Shown here in pieces: positions 1-9,836 of a stretch of DNA of 64,000 nt. Location of the stretch: NCBI GenBank assembly GCA_965223845.1, contig CBDCXR010000004.1, positions 3,168,001 to 3,232,000 on the forward strand. The letters run 5' to 3'. Numbering within the stretch: the first letter of the stretch is position 1; every line of letters starts with the position of its first letter. Below the pieces are notes generated by a model, which saw only the letters and a list, made by a program, of their open reading frames with translations, was not told where the DNA came from and did no database searches. Source of the stretch: Planctomycetota bacterium. GTDB lineage: Bacteria > Planctomycetota > UBA8108 > SXIK01. Made by a program: the position numbers and the translations under genes.

Positions 1-120
1 GAAGACGAAGAGAAGAGGAAAAGTAAAGAGAACCACCAGCGAGAGCGATAGGTGAAGCCTCTTTCAGATCGTGACTCGTTCAGGTGTTTCAGGTTGCCGA
101 TCTCGCTCTATCTAAAACCA

Positions 121-168
121 TCTCTCCTCCGTCTTCCTTCGCGGACCTTCGCGCTCTTCGTGTAAACT
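121..168. repeat. Repeat family A copy (CGAAG-unit REP-like arm)
   Basis: Reverse complement AGTTTACACGAAGAGCGCGAAGGTCCGCGAAGGAAGACGGAGGAGAGA resembles the arms at 13749-13794 and 14005-14050. Window start GAAGACGAAGAGAAGAGG looks like the inner end of a truncated partner arm. Confidence 0.7.
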
Positions 169-173
169 CCCCC

Positions 174-1667
174 TCACCGCCGATTCGACTCGGGGATCTC
201 GTTCACCGTGTAGTACGCGTTTGCGTGAACGAGCCGTGAGCCGTCCGCCGCACGTAGTTCCGGGAGGTCGAATTCGTAGACGTGCCCCTCGCTCAGCGCA
301 TCGAGGCGGAGGATCACCGTTCTTCCGTCCGGGGACACCGTCGCCGCGATCACCTCCGCGGTGCCTCGATCGACCTCGGGGCTCCCGTAAAACTTGTGAT
401 AGATGTGTGTGAAGTGGCTCAGCCGATACGCGTCCGTCCGTAGCGCTCCCTCTCGCGCTACCGGCTTGGTGAACCGCAGCGTGAATCCGTCCGGTCGGAT
501 CGTGATGCGCTCGATGTCGAACGGCGTCTTGCCGGTCCATTCGAGGCGCTCGAGCGCGTACTCGCGACTTCCCCGCACGGGCCATCCACGGTTCGTTCCG
601 CCCGTGACGAGGTAGCCTTTCGGGGAAAACTGAACGGCGAGGATTCCGGTGCTGAGGCCTTCACGGAAGGGGTAGCACGCTCCCTGCCACACACCGTTCA
701 CCTTCTCCGTCGTCGCGCGCATCACACAGCTCAAGCTGTAGTCGCCGACGAAAATCTGACCCGCGAACGGGCCGAACTTTCCGCCCGTCGTGTCGACCCG
801 GAATCCGGAGATCGACTGTCCCATCTTGCGATAGGGGAAGATGACTGCGTACGGAACGAGCTCTTTGACGCGCTTCTTTTCGATGTGAATCCGCGAGCCG
901 CTCTTCGGCTCGGGCGGCCGTGGCCCCATGTTCGGGGCGAGGTCGTACGCCGGAAAACTGATCGGATGCCCCATGAATCCGCCGGGTTTCAATTGCTTCA
1001 GCGAACAGGAGCCGTTCCACGGCCCTTGGCTCTCCGTGTAGAACATCACGCCGTGCTCGTTCGGTCCGACGCCGCCGGCGCTCCGGATTCCGCTCGCGAT
1101 CGGGATCGTCTCCCCCGCCGCCGTCACCTTGAGACACCAGCCGCGAAACGGAGCCTTGTAGTTGTAGGATTCGGAAAGACCGAGCACGACCCAGACATCG
1201 CCGTTTCCGTCCGGCCGCGAGCCCCACGAGAACTCGTGATAGTAGTCGAAGCCCCAGTCGTCGCTGAGTGTCTCGAAGAGGTCCGCGCGCCCGTCCCCGT
1301 CGCGATCGGTGATGCGCGTCACCTCCGTTTGCTGCGTGACGTAGAGCGAGCCATCTCGGTACCCGACTCCGAATACCTCGTCGAGTCCGCTCGCGAAGCG
1401 ATGAAAACGAGGCTCGGGCCGCTCATCGAACGCGCCGCTCACGAAGAAGAGATCGCCGCGTCGAGTTCCGATCACCAGCCGGCCGTCCGGCAGACGCTCT
1501 AAGCTTCCGGATTCGATCGCGAGCTCCGCCGGAAGCGGGAGATCGACGATGCGGTAGAACTCGGCCTCCGCTTCGGCCGTGCCCCACATTCCCCCGAGCG
1601 GCTGCGCAGGGAGCGTCGTCGCCGCGATCGACGAGAGGAGTGCCGCTACGAACCAACAACGCATCAT
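174..1667 (-). CDS. Secreted glucose/sorbosone-dehydrogenase-like beta-propeller protein (PVC type)
   Basis: N-terminal signal peptide, repeated propeller-like strands, DxDGDGxAD motif, SQGPW and FVGDY segments typical of PVC membrane-bound dehydrogenase-like proteins. Overlaps the upstream cytochrome gene by 4 bp. Confidence 0.7.
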   Translation of the reverse strand: MMRCWFVAALLSSIAATTLPAQPLGGMWGTAEAEAEFYRIVDLPLPAELAIESGSLERLPDGRLVIGTRRGDLFFVSGAFDERPEPRFHRFASGLDEVFGVGYRDGSLYVTQQTEVTRITDRDGDGRADLFETLSDDWGFDYYHEFSWGSRPDGNGDVWVVLGLSESYNYKAPFRGWCLKVTAAGETIPIASGIRSAGGVGPNEHGVMFYTESQGPWNGSCSLKQLKPGGFMGHPISFPAYDLAPNMGPRPPEPKSGSRIHIEKKRVKELVPYAVIFPYRKMGQSISGFRVDTTGGKFGPFAGQIFVGDYSLSCVMRATTEKVNGVWQGACYPFREGLSTGILAVQFSPKGYLVTGGTNRGWPVRGSREYALERLEWTGKTPFDIERITIRPDGFTLRFTKPVAREGALRTDAYRLSHFTHIYHKFYGSPEVDRGTAEVIAATVSPDGRTVILRLDALSEGHVYEFDLPELRAADGSRLVHANAYYTVNEIPESNRR

Positions 1668-4411
1668 CGTTCGGCCTCCAGCCAGACGTAGTCGAGGACG
1701 AGAGTCGCCGAACCCGCACGGATCTCGATCGGGACGATCGCCTCGGCGCCACGAGACGATGATCGGACGAGGATCGACACGAGCTCCGGAGAGTCCGCGC
1801 CGGAGCCTTGTTTCGCGACCACACCGAGGATGCCGTCGATCTCGATCGTCCCGTCGTCTCGCCGGACGATTTTCTCGTGAACAGCGAGGCGGAAGTGGAC
1901 CGTCCGCTCTTCCTCCCCGTACAGCGACAACGTGCGCCGGAGAAACGCGCGCCCTCCGGGTCCGTCGGCGATATCGACGGTCGAGTCGGAAATCGAGATG
2001 GTGCCGAATCGATAGAGAAAGCTAGGCCGCTGCCTCGCGCCGAGCTCGTATCCGCGAAACCGAATGTTACGTTCGCGGCTCGTCCCGCTCGGCCACGGGT
2101 CGTTTTCGTCGGCGAGCTCGGCCCACGCCGAGCCGCGCCCGAGCTCGACGCGATCGCGCGAGAGAACGCGTGCAGAACCGCTCCCCTGGCCGCGCCAGAC
2201 GCCGCTGGGATCGACGAACTTCCCGCGCCAAACTTGCTGCACGCTCGGACTCTCGGCGTCAAAGATCAAGTTGAGTCCAAGCGGATACCCGACGCTGATC
2301 GCACGCTTCCCGGCCCCTTGCGCCTTTCGGCGCAGCATCACCGCTTCGTCGCCGACGACGATCTCCATGGGCGGCCGACGAAGCCCACGCGGCGCGCGAG
2401 TGTTTCGTCCCTCGGCGAGGTACTCCCACATCGCGTGCAGCTGACGCTTCGGATCGCCGTCCGCGATGTCCGGAAACACCGACTCCCCCCCCGCGAAATA
2501 CTGCGGCATGATCGTGATCGAACGGAATCGCGGCGGGTCTAGCATGTAGTGGTAGAACCAATCTTTCCGAAGGCGCTGCGTCGTCGTTTCGACGAGATCG
2601 ATCGCGGCCATCGAGCCGCTCTGGATTCCGCGGAAGGTGTGACACGTGATGCAGCTCATCGCCTGCTCGCCGACAAGCTTGTGTCCGATGTCGGTGATGG
2701 CTCGCGCGCGCTTGCGATCCTTCGGTAGCGGCTCGAACTCGACCGCGGGCACGCGATCGAGCTCGGCGAAGAGATCCGCCAGCCCGTGAGTGTTCTCGGC
2801 CCCGAACGCAGGCATCCGCGTTCTCACGTAGGGGCGGAGCGTCTGACCGTGAGCGATCGTCTTGCGCAGCCACTCCTTTTCGAGCTTCGCGCCGACTCCC
2901 GTGAGCGGCGGCGGAACGCGGCCCGTCTCGCCGAGGTTCTCGTCTTCACTCGTGAAGAAATCGTTCCGTTCGGGCGAGATCCCGCCCCACTCGCCGCGCT
3001 CGTGGCACGCGATGCAGTTGAAGATCGCGAGCGTCGTTCGAGCCCGCTCTTCCGCGCTCGGTGGCGGAGATGTCCCCGCTAGGGCCGCGCGGAGATCGCC
3101 CACCTGCCGTTCGCTCAATGCGTAATCGGGCCAGCGCCCGAACTCTTGCGAGAGACATCCGCGCCCCGGGTCGAGCTCCGCGAGCGAACGTTCGTTCGGG
3201 CGCGCGTCGCCGAGCGCGTGGCACCGAGCACAACCGAGATCGCGATAGAGCGCGCCACCCGCTTTCGCCTTTGCGGAATCGACGACGAAGGGGACGGGCG
3301 ACGGCGCGAGTGTCGCCTCCGACCGCAGCATGGTCGCGGGGATCGGTCCTCGCTCGAGCCCCGGACCCGCGGCGCTCAGAGCGAGCCGCGGTGCGCCGCG
3401 GCGATGGAGAAAGAGAAGCTCCACCGGGTGAAGCCCCGCAGCGAGCTCAATCGTTGCCGAGCTCCTGCCGCCGCCTTCGACCTCGGCGACACGAGTCGAA
3501 TCGATCACGAAACGCGCGACCGCGCTACTCTCGAGCACGAACTCGTACTCCCCGTCGCGCTCGAGCTGAACGAAGCCATCGAATCGAACCGCGAAGTCAT
3601 CGCGATACGTCGAAAACTCAGCGAGGTCAAACCCTTGGGCGACTCCGGCCCGCGCTTCTCGGCCCTCGAGCGCGTCCAGGCCACCTTCGACGCCGAAGTA
3701 AAGCGTGTAGGCGAGGGGCGCGACCACACGCGACCGCGCGGTCAGATAGTGCGCGATGTCGTAGGCTTCGTTCGGTGTCAATCCTAGGTCGGGCATTCGG
3801 CTCGCGGGACGCGCGCGACGCGGCTCGGCAAGAAACGCCGTGAGGGTCGCCGGAGTGTACTTTTCTTCGAGTCGCCCGAGCGGCGCCGAGTCGGGAATAG
3901 AAACCTCCTCGCCGTCCTCGCTACGCGGATCGTGGCACGCGACGCAGCCGACAGAATGATAGAGAGCTCGCCCTCGCTCCGCGGCTACGTGATCGGGTGC
4001 GCCGGGACTCACCGGTGCCGGCACGAGCGACACGAGATAATGCGTGAGCGCCTCGGCGATCCGATCGCGTTCTTCCGGTGTCGACGCGCCCGGAGTTCCT
4101 TCTCCGAGCACGTTCGGCATCGTCGTCCCCGGCTTCGTCCGCTGCGGATTCGCGATGTACCCGCGAAGGTACTCGGGACGGAGCCGCGCTCCTACCGACG
4201 CGAGATCGAGGGCCTTCTTCCTCGGGGGAAACACGCCGCGCGGCCCCGGCGGATGACAGGACGTACAGCGGAGCTCTCCGAGGAGAACTGTCCCGCGGAG
4301 GCGTTCGTTGAGACCATCGCGCTCGAGTGCGGGGATGATCGGGTGGTCGGGAGCGGCAGTGAGAATACGAGTAGCGAGCAGGGTCGCAGCGAGGAAAAGA
4401 AGTCGGTGCAT
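1664..4411 (-). CDS. Secreted multiheme c-type cytochrome (5 CxxCH) with inserted PA14-like domain
   Basis: CTSCH, CVACH, CARCH, CIACH, CITCH motifs and several downstream MP motifs. PA14-like segment DDFAVRFDGFVQLERDGEYEF...LAAGLHPVEL. Start moved to MHRLLFLAATLL (signal peptide). Confidence 0.8.
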   Translation of the reverse strand: MHRLLFLAATLLATRILTAAPDHPIIPALERDGLNERLRGTVLLGELRCTSCHPPGPRGVFPPRKKALDLASVGARLRPEYLRGYIANPQRTKPGTTMPNVLGEGTPGASTPEERDRIAEALTHYLVSLVPAPVSPGAPDHVAAERGRALYHSVGCVACHDPRSEDGEEVSIPDSAPLGRLEEKYTPATLTAFLAEPRRARPASRMPDLGLTPNEAYDIAHYLTARSRVVAPLAYTLYFGVEGGLDALEGREARAGVAQGFDLAEFSTYRDDFAVRFDGFVQLERDGEYEFVLESSAVARFVIDSTRVAEVEGGGRSSATIELAAGLHPVELLFLHRRGAPRLALSAAGPGLERGPIPATMLRSEATLAPSPVPFVVDSAKAKAGGALYRDLGCARCHALGDARPNERSLAELDPGRGCLSQEFGRWPDYALSERQVGDLRAALAGTSPPPSAEERARTTLAIFNCIACHERGEWGGISPERNDFFTSEDENLGETGRVPPPLTGVGAKLEKEWLRKTIAHGQTLRPYVRTRMPAFGAENTHGLADLFAELDRVPAVEFEPLPKDRKRARAITDIGHKLVGEQAMSCITCHTFRGIQSGSMAAIDLVETTTQRLRKDWFYHYMLDPPRFRSITIMPQYFAGGESVFPDIADGDPKRQLHAMWEYLAEGRNTRAPRGLRRPPMEIVVGDEAVMLRRKAQGAGKRAISVGYPLGLNLIFDAESPSVQQVWRGKFVDPSGVWRGQGSGSARVLSRDRVELGRGSAWAELADENDPWPSGTSRERNIRFRGYELGARQRPSFLYRFGTISISDSTVDIADGPGGRAFLRRTLSLYGEEERTVHFRLAVHEKIVRRDDGTIEIDGILGVVAKQGSGADSPELVSILVRSSSRGAEAIVPIEIRAGSATLVLDYVWLEAER

Positions 4412-4698
4412 GAAGAGTTGGCGCAGTGACGGTCTCGTAGTTGCGGGATCTAAGTCTCCCCACATGGTGTCCCAACCGACTCGGGTGAACACGAAAAAAT
4501 GCCTGATCCACGATGGCGGAACTCCGCCTCCCGGCAGACGCGAGCTTGTGGTTTCTGCCCGTCGGCGTACGATGCCCGTCGTCGGTCGCCGAGGAGGTGT
4601 GTTCTCGAATCCCCTCGCCGGCCCGGCGATTCCCCGCCGGATTCATCTGGGCGGGTTCGCCTTCGGCACGATTCCACCTGTTCTCGACGGAGCACGCC

Positions 4699-6030
4699 AT
4701 GAACCGCCGCCAGTTCCTGAAGTCCGCAGCCGCTGCCGGAGCCGGTCTCACCATCCTTCCGAGCGGCGTTCTCTCCGGCGCGAACGCCCCGAGCAACAAG
4801 CTAAACGTCGCATTGATCGGCGTCTGGGGCCGTGGACGCGCGCACCGGCGAGCGATCTCGGGCGAAAACGTCGTCGCGCTCTGCGACATCAACGAGAAGC
4901 ATCTCGGTGACGCGAAAGAACACTTTCCGGGCGCGAAAACGTACGTCGATTGGCGGAAGTGTCTCGAGCAGAAAGACCTCGACGCGGTCGTTTGCTGCAC
5001 CACCGATCACACGCACGCGTTCGTCGCGAACTGGGCGATGCTCCGCGGCCTCCACGTCTACTGCGAAAAGCCGCTCGCGAACACCGTCGAGGAAGCACGC
5101 GTCGTCCGCGCGACCTACCTGAAGAACAGGAAGAAGCTCGCAACTCAGGTCGGCACGCAGCGGCACGCGCACGTCAACTTCAATCGCGTACGCGAACTCG
5201 TCCGCGACGGAGCGATCGGAGAGCTGAAGCGCGTGAGTGCGTGGGGAAACCGGAAGCTCCCGAAACCCGGCTACCTCCCGGCGATTTCCGGGAAGCCGCC
5301 GAAGCACCTCCACTACGACCTCTGGCTCGGGCCGGCGCCGTTCCATCCCTACAACCCGGGGTACTTCTCGGGCGGGCCCGGGGCGAATTGCCTCAACTGG
5401 AACATGTACTGGGACTTCGGGACCGGCCAAGTCGGAGACATGGGTAGTCACACCATGGATCTCGCGTGGAACGCGATCGATGCGCATCTCCCGACGTCGG
5501 CTGAGGCGACCGGAGACGAGTTCAATCCGGACGTCACTCCGGTGAAGCTCGAGGCGCACTTCGACCATCCCGCAAACGACTGGCGACCCGCGATTCGCGT
5601 GAGCTGGTACCAGGGCGGCGCCATGCCGAAGTCGCCGCGGAAGTACGTCGACCTGAATCGCATCGGGCACGGAGCTCTCTTCGAAGGATCGAGGGGCGCG
5701 CTCGTCGCGGACTTCCACTCGCGCATCCTGCTTCCGTCCGGAGACGACGCCGACATGCGCTACTACAAGAAGCGCCCCGACGACGAGCTCCTCGAGCCGA
5801 TCGGACCGTTCATGAAGGAATGGATCGACGCGGCCAAGGGCGACCTCCAGACGTCGTGCAACTTCGACTACGGCGGCGAGATGATCGAGCAGCTTCTCCT
5901 CGGTCTCGTCGCGTACCGAGTGGGCTCGAAGATCCAGTACGACGGCGAAAGCGGGCGTGTGACGAACAGCAGCGAAGGAAACGCTCTCCTCGCGCGCGAG
6001 TACCGAGAAGGCTGGAGTCTCGTCGGCTGA
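4699..6030 (+). CDS. Tat-exported Gfo/Idh/MocA family oxidoreductase
   Basis: MNRRQFLK twin-arginine signal with GGAG upstream, GVWGRG Rossmann motif, HVYCEKP, WDFGTGQVGDMGSH. Confidence 0.9.
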   Translation: MNRRQFLKSAAAAGAGLTILPSGVLSGANAPSNKLNVALIGVWGRGRAHRRAISGENVVALCDINEKHLGDAKEHFPGAKTYVDWRKCLEQKDLDAVVCCTTDHTHAFVANWAMLRGLHVYCEKPLANTVEEARVVRATYLKNRKKLATQVGTQRHAHVNFNRVRELVRDGAIGELKRVSAWGNRKLPKPGYLPAISGKPPKHLHYDLWLGPAPFHPYNPGYFSGGPGANCLNWNMYWDFGTGQVGDMGSHTMDLAWNAIDAHLPTSAEATGDEFNPDVTPVKLEAHFDHPANDWRPAIRVSWYQGGAMPKSPRKYVDLNRIGHGALFEGSRGALVADFHSRILLPSGDDADMRYYKKRPDDELLEPIGPFMKEWIDAAKGDLQTSCNFDYGGEMIEQLLLGLVAYRVGSKIQYDGESGRVTNSSEGNALLAREYREGWSLVG

Positions 6031-6144
6031 GTCATCGCGACCGTAACAATGCGGCGAACGCTTTGGCGAAACTGTGCCCGCACCGATTTCCTCCCGGTCG
6101 GTGCGGCGAGTAGGTGGTGCGGACCGTGACCGTCGAACCGGATT

Positions 6145-7746
6145 CTACGGACGCGCCGATACTCTCTCCCACAGCCGTCGACCCGCGACGTCGGGAGAGA
6201 GCCCGTCGACTTCGACCCACCGGTTCGCTTCGCGCATGGTGCGGGCGTCGATCCGATTCACGAGCTCGAGGAGCGCATTGACGAGCGCGACGTTCCCCGC
6301 CGCCCGCGGCGAAACGAGAACGATCGCGTCATACGGCGGGAAGATCCCGCGCGGATCCTCGAGAACGACGAAGTCGTACGCGTCGATGCGTCCGTCCGTC
6401 GAATACGCGGTGGCGACGTCGACCTGCCGATCGCGCACGGCGTCGTAGAGGAAGACTGCCTGCATCCCGACGGTTCCGATCCTCTCGAGGCCGTACGCGT
6501 CGCGGACGCGAGTCCACTCGGGTCGGCCGAACACTTCTGGATCTCCGCCGACCTTCAGCTCCGCCGCGTGAGGCGCGAGCTCCGCGATCGTCCTCACTCC
6601 GAGCTCCGCCGCTCGATCGCGGCGCATGACGAGGCTGTAGGCATTCTCGAAGCCGAGCGAGCCGACGCAGAGGACTCCGTGGGTCTCACGGAGGTACTTC
6701 GCGACCTCGATCTGAACGTCGAGACGCGACGCGGCGTCCTCGCGCTTCATGAGGGTCGCCCAAATCGTCCCCGAGTAGTCGACGTAGACGTCCACGGTGC
6801 TCTGCGCGAGCGCGTCGAAGAGAATCGTCGAACCCATGTTCGGACGGTTGTCCACCTCGGCACCGCGGGACTCGAGATGCGCTTCGAGCAGCTCGGCGAG
6901 GAGGTAACTCTCGGCGAAGGGCTTCGAACCCGTAACGATCCGAGTTCCCGCGAGTGTCTTCTCGGCGGAGACGGTATCGGAATCATCTCGAGCGGCGCGG
7001 TCGGCGACTCGCCCGTCGGGCGATCGCGCGGCGCCGAACGACGCGAGGCTCGGCCAGACGCCGATCACGAGGAGGACGCCGATCGCGACGAGAGCCGTCG
7101 ACACCAAACTCCGCCGTCGCGTTTCGAGTCCGCGCTCGAGCAGACGAATGAGTCCATCGAGGATCACCGCGAGGAGTGCGGCGCAGACGCACCCGAAGGT
7201 CGTCGCGACGTGGTTGCGCGTCTGCAGCCCGAGAAAAATGTACGTCCCGAGACCCTGCGCCCCGACGGCGGTCGCGAGCGTCGTCATGCCGACCACCCAC
7301 ACCGCCGCCGTGCGCACTCCCGCGACGATCACGGGCGCGGCGAGTGGCAATCGCACCTTGAGAAGTACTTGGCGCTCGGTCATTCCGAGTCCGCGCGCCG
7401 CCTCGACGAGCGTCGGATCCGTGCCGCTCACACCGGCGACGGTGTTTCGCAGCATCGGCAGAACGCTGTAGAGAACGAGAGCCACGAACGCGGGAAAGAA
7501 CCCGATCGTTCCACCGAGGATCGGCACCATGAGTGCGAGGAGCGCGAGGCTCGGGATCGTCTGGAGAATGCCCGCGATCGAGAGAGCGATGACGCGCCAG
7601 CGCGCGGAGCGAGCGCAAACGACACCGAGCGGGAGACTGATGCTCGCCCCCACTCCGAGCGAGCACACCGAGAGGAGGAGGTGGCCGCTGAGGAGCACGG
7701 GGAGCTCGTCGAACTGCTCGAGCACTCTCTGCACGATCTCGTTCAC
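6145..7746 (-). CDS. Fused ABC permease / substrate-binding protein, glycine-betaine/choline/ergothioneine (OpuBD-ProX, EgtU-like) family
   Basis: N-terminal TMs with QTIPSLALL and EAARGLGM loop. C-terminal SBP with GSKPFAES, YSGT, GFENAY, AYSTDG, FPPYDA. Confidence 0.9.
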   Translation of the reverse strand: MNEIVQRVLEQFDELPVLLSGHLLLSVCSLGVGASISLPLGVVCARSARWRVIALSIAGILQTIPSLALLALMVPILGGTIGFFPAFVALVLYSVLPMLRNTVAGVSGTDPTLVEAARGLGMTERQVLLKVRLPLAAPVIVAGVRTAAVWVVGMTTLATAVGAQGLGTYIFLGLQTRNHVATTFGCVCAALLAVILDGLIRLLERGLETRRRSLVSTALVAIGVLLVIGVWPSLASFGAARSPDGRVADRAARDDSDTVSAEKTLAGTRIVTGSKPFAESYLLAELLEAHLESRGAEVDNRPNMGSTILFDALAQSTVDVYVDYSGTIWATLMKREDAASRLDVQIEVAKYLRETHGVLCVGSLGFENAYSLVMRRDRAAELGVRTIAELAPHAAELKVGGDPEVFGRPEWTRVRDAYGLERIGTVGMQAVFLYDAVRDRQVDVATAYSTDGRIDAYDFVVLEDPRGIFPPYDAIVLVSPRAAGNVALVNALLELVNRIDARTMREANRWVEVDGLSPDVAGRRLWERVSARP

Positions 7747-8540
7747 GCGTTTTCGCTGCCTCCGCCGGACGCGGATTCCGACAATCGATCGACGTCGCGA
7801 GCCTGCCGCTTCGGTGTCGCGAGAAGGCGCTCCACGTACGCCTCGGCCGGTCGGTGAAGAATCTCCCGGGGAGTTCCGGTTTGCAGGAGACGGCCCGCGC
7901 GCATCACCGCGATGCGATCGGCGAGGAGGAGCGCCTCCGTCATGTCGTGAGTCACGAGCACGGCGGTGAGGGACAGTCGACTCTGGAGCGCCTTGAACTC
8001 CTGCTGGAGCTCGTCCCGCGTCACCGGGTCGAGCGCGCCGAACGGCTCATCGAGAAGGACGACGCTGGGACTTCCCGCGAGCGCGCGGGCGAATCCGACT
8101 CGCTGCTTCTCGCCGCCGGAGAGTTCTCTCACGCTGCGCGCGCCGTACTTCGCTGGATCGAGCTTCACGAGCTCGAGGAGCTCGCGGACGCGATCCTCGG
8201 CCTGGGCGCTCGTCCAGCGCTTGAGATCCGGAACGATGCGAACATTCTCGCGGACGGTGAGATGGGGGAACAAGCCCGCGCCCTGAATCACCCAACCGAT
8301 CGAGCGCCGGAGCTCGACGGCGTCGCGCTCGCACACGTTCGCGCCGGCCACGCGCACCACGCCTCGGTCCGGCTCGACGAGCCGGTTGATCATTTTGAGA
8401 ATGGTCGTCTTTCCCGAGCCGGACTCCCCGAGAATCGCGACGAGCTCACCGCGCTGGACGCTCAAGCTGACATCGTCCACCGCGAAGGAACGACCGCCGT
8501 CGAAGGACTTCGTCACTCGTTCGACGGTGATCTCGGCCAT
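7743..8540 (-). CDS. ABC transporter ATP-binding protein (OpuA/ProV/EgtV-like)
   Basis: Walker A GESGSGKT, LKMINRL, signature LSGGEKQR, Walker B LLDEPFGALD, VTHD. Confidence 0.92.
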   Translation of the reverse strand: MAEITVERVTKSFDGGRSFAVDDVSLSVQRGELVAILGESGSGKTTILKMINRLVEPDRGVVRVAGANVCERDAVELRRSIGWVIQGAGLFPHLTVRENVRIVPDLKRWTSAQAEDRVRELLELVKLDPAKYGARSVRELSGGEKQRVGFARALAGSPSVVLLDEPFGALDPVTRDELQQEFKALQSRLSLTAVLVTHDMTEALLLADRIAVMRAGRLLQTGTPREILHRPAEAYVERLLATPKRQARDVDRLSESASGGGSENA

Positions 8541-8552
8541 CGGCCCTCTAGC

Positions 8553-9836
8553 TCAGACGTCTCGCGCGAGACGGATCCCGCTGAATTGCCACCGCGCGGC
8601 GGCCGGGAAAAAATTGCGATACGTGGCGCGGAGATGAGATTGCGGCGATCCGCACGAACCGCCGCGAAGGACGAACTGATTGCACATGAACTTGCCGTTG
8701 TACTCGCCGAGCGCTCCCTCGGCGGGAGCGTATCCGGGATAAGCCGTATACGGACTCCCAGTCCATTCCCACAGATCGCCGAAGAGCGAGCTCGGGCGGG
8801 AGGGATCGCGCTTCGGGCTCGCCGGAAGCGGATGGAGCGCGCGCGACTCGAGAAAGTTCCCGTCGACCGGCACCGGAGCCGCGACGATCTCCCACTCGTC
8901 CTCCCGCGGAAGGCGGGCTCCCGCCCACCGCGCGTACGCGTCGGCTTCGTAGAAGCTGACATGGCAGACCGGCTCATCGCATCGGAGCGGTCGCTCTCCC
9001 GCGAGCGTGAAAACGTGCCAGCCGCCGATCGCATCGCGATTCCAGTAGAGCGGATGGCGCCACCCTTCCGACTGCACCGTCGCCCACCCGTCCGAGAGCC
9101 AGTGTCGAGCGTCTTCGTAACCACCGGCTTCGACGAACTCGAGGTACTCGCCGCACGTCACGAGTCGATCGGCCATGCGGAAGGGGTGGACGTGCCGGCG
9201 ATGCCGCGGCGACTCGTTGTCGTAGCCGAAGCCGTCTCCGTCGTCGCGGCCGATCTCCGCGTTTCCGCCGGGATGCTCGAGCCACCGGATCCCCCCGACG
9301 GGGGCCGCGACATCACCGGCTCGATCTTCGCGATACGCAGGCCGGAGCGGATTCAGCGACAAGAGATGCTTCACGTCGGTGAGGATCAGCTCCTGGTGCT
9401 GCTGCTCGTGGTGAAAACCGAGCTCGACGCGGGCGGCGACGTCACTCGCTCGCTCGTGGTCGGGCAAGCGTTCGAAGAACTGGAGGAGAGCGCGATCGAC
9501 GTGATGACGATAGTCGAGTACCTCCGCGAGCGACGGCCGTGTCATGAGGCCGCGCTGAGGTCGAGGAATCCGCTCTCCGACCGTTTCGTAGTACGAATTA
9601 AAAAGGAGATCGGTGCTCGCGTCCCAGCGCTCATAGCCATCGCAGAGCTCGAGCAGCACGAACGTCTCGAAGAACCACGTCGTGTGCGCGAGATGCCACT
9701 TCACCGGACTCGCGCACTCCATCGACTGCGCTTGGCAGTCTTCGGGACCGAGCGGCGACGCGAGCGCCTCCGTCTCCTCGCGTACGTGACGGTACGCGCT
9801 CTCGACCGAGGTGGTGACCGCCGAAGAAACGATCAT
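8553..9836 (-). CDS. egtB: Ergothioneine biosynthesis sulfoxide synthase EgtB (NSYY-type)
   Basis: DinB-like N-terminus with SPVKWHLAHTTWFFE and HHEQQHQELILTD iron-binding His motifs, FNSYY, and an FGE-sulfatase-like C-terminus ending RNFF...RWQFSGIRLA. Confidence 0.93.
   Translation of the reverse strand: MIVSSAVTTSVESAYRHVREETEALASPLGPEDCQAQSMECASPVKWHLAHTTWFFETFVLLELCDGYERWDASTDLLFNSYYETVGERIPRPQRGLMTRPSLAEVLDYRHHVDRALLQFFERLPDHERASDVAARVELGFHHEQQHQELILTDVKHLLSLNPLRPAYREDRAGDVAAPVGGIRWLEHPGGNAEIGRDDGDGFGYDNESPRHRRHVHPFRMADRLVTCGEYLEFVEAGGYEDARHWLSDGWATVQSEGWRHPLYWNRDAIGGWHVFTLAGERPLRCDEPVCHVSFYEADAYARWAGARLPREDEWEIVAAPVPVDGNFLESRALHPLPASPKRDPSRPSSLFGDLWEWTGSPYTAYPGYAPAEGALGEYNGKFMCNQFVLRGGSCGSPQSHLRATYRNFFPAAARWQFSGIRLARDV

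Noticed and set aside
8553-9836. Formylglycine-generating enzyme for the sulfatases, or selenoneine SenA / ovothiol OvoA
   Set aside because: The DinB-like His motifs and adjacency to egtD identify EgtB. There are no senB/senC-like genes nearby and no C-terminal methyltransferase domain.
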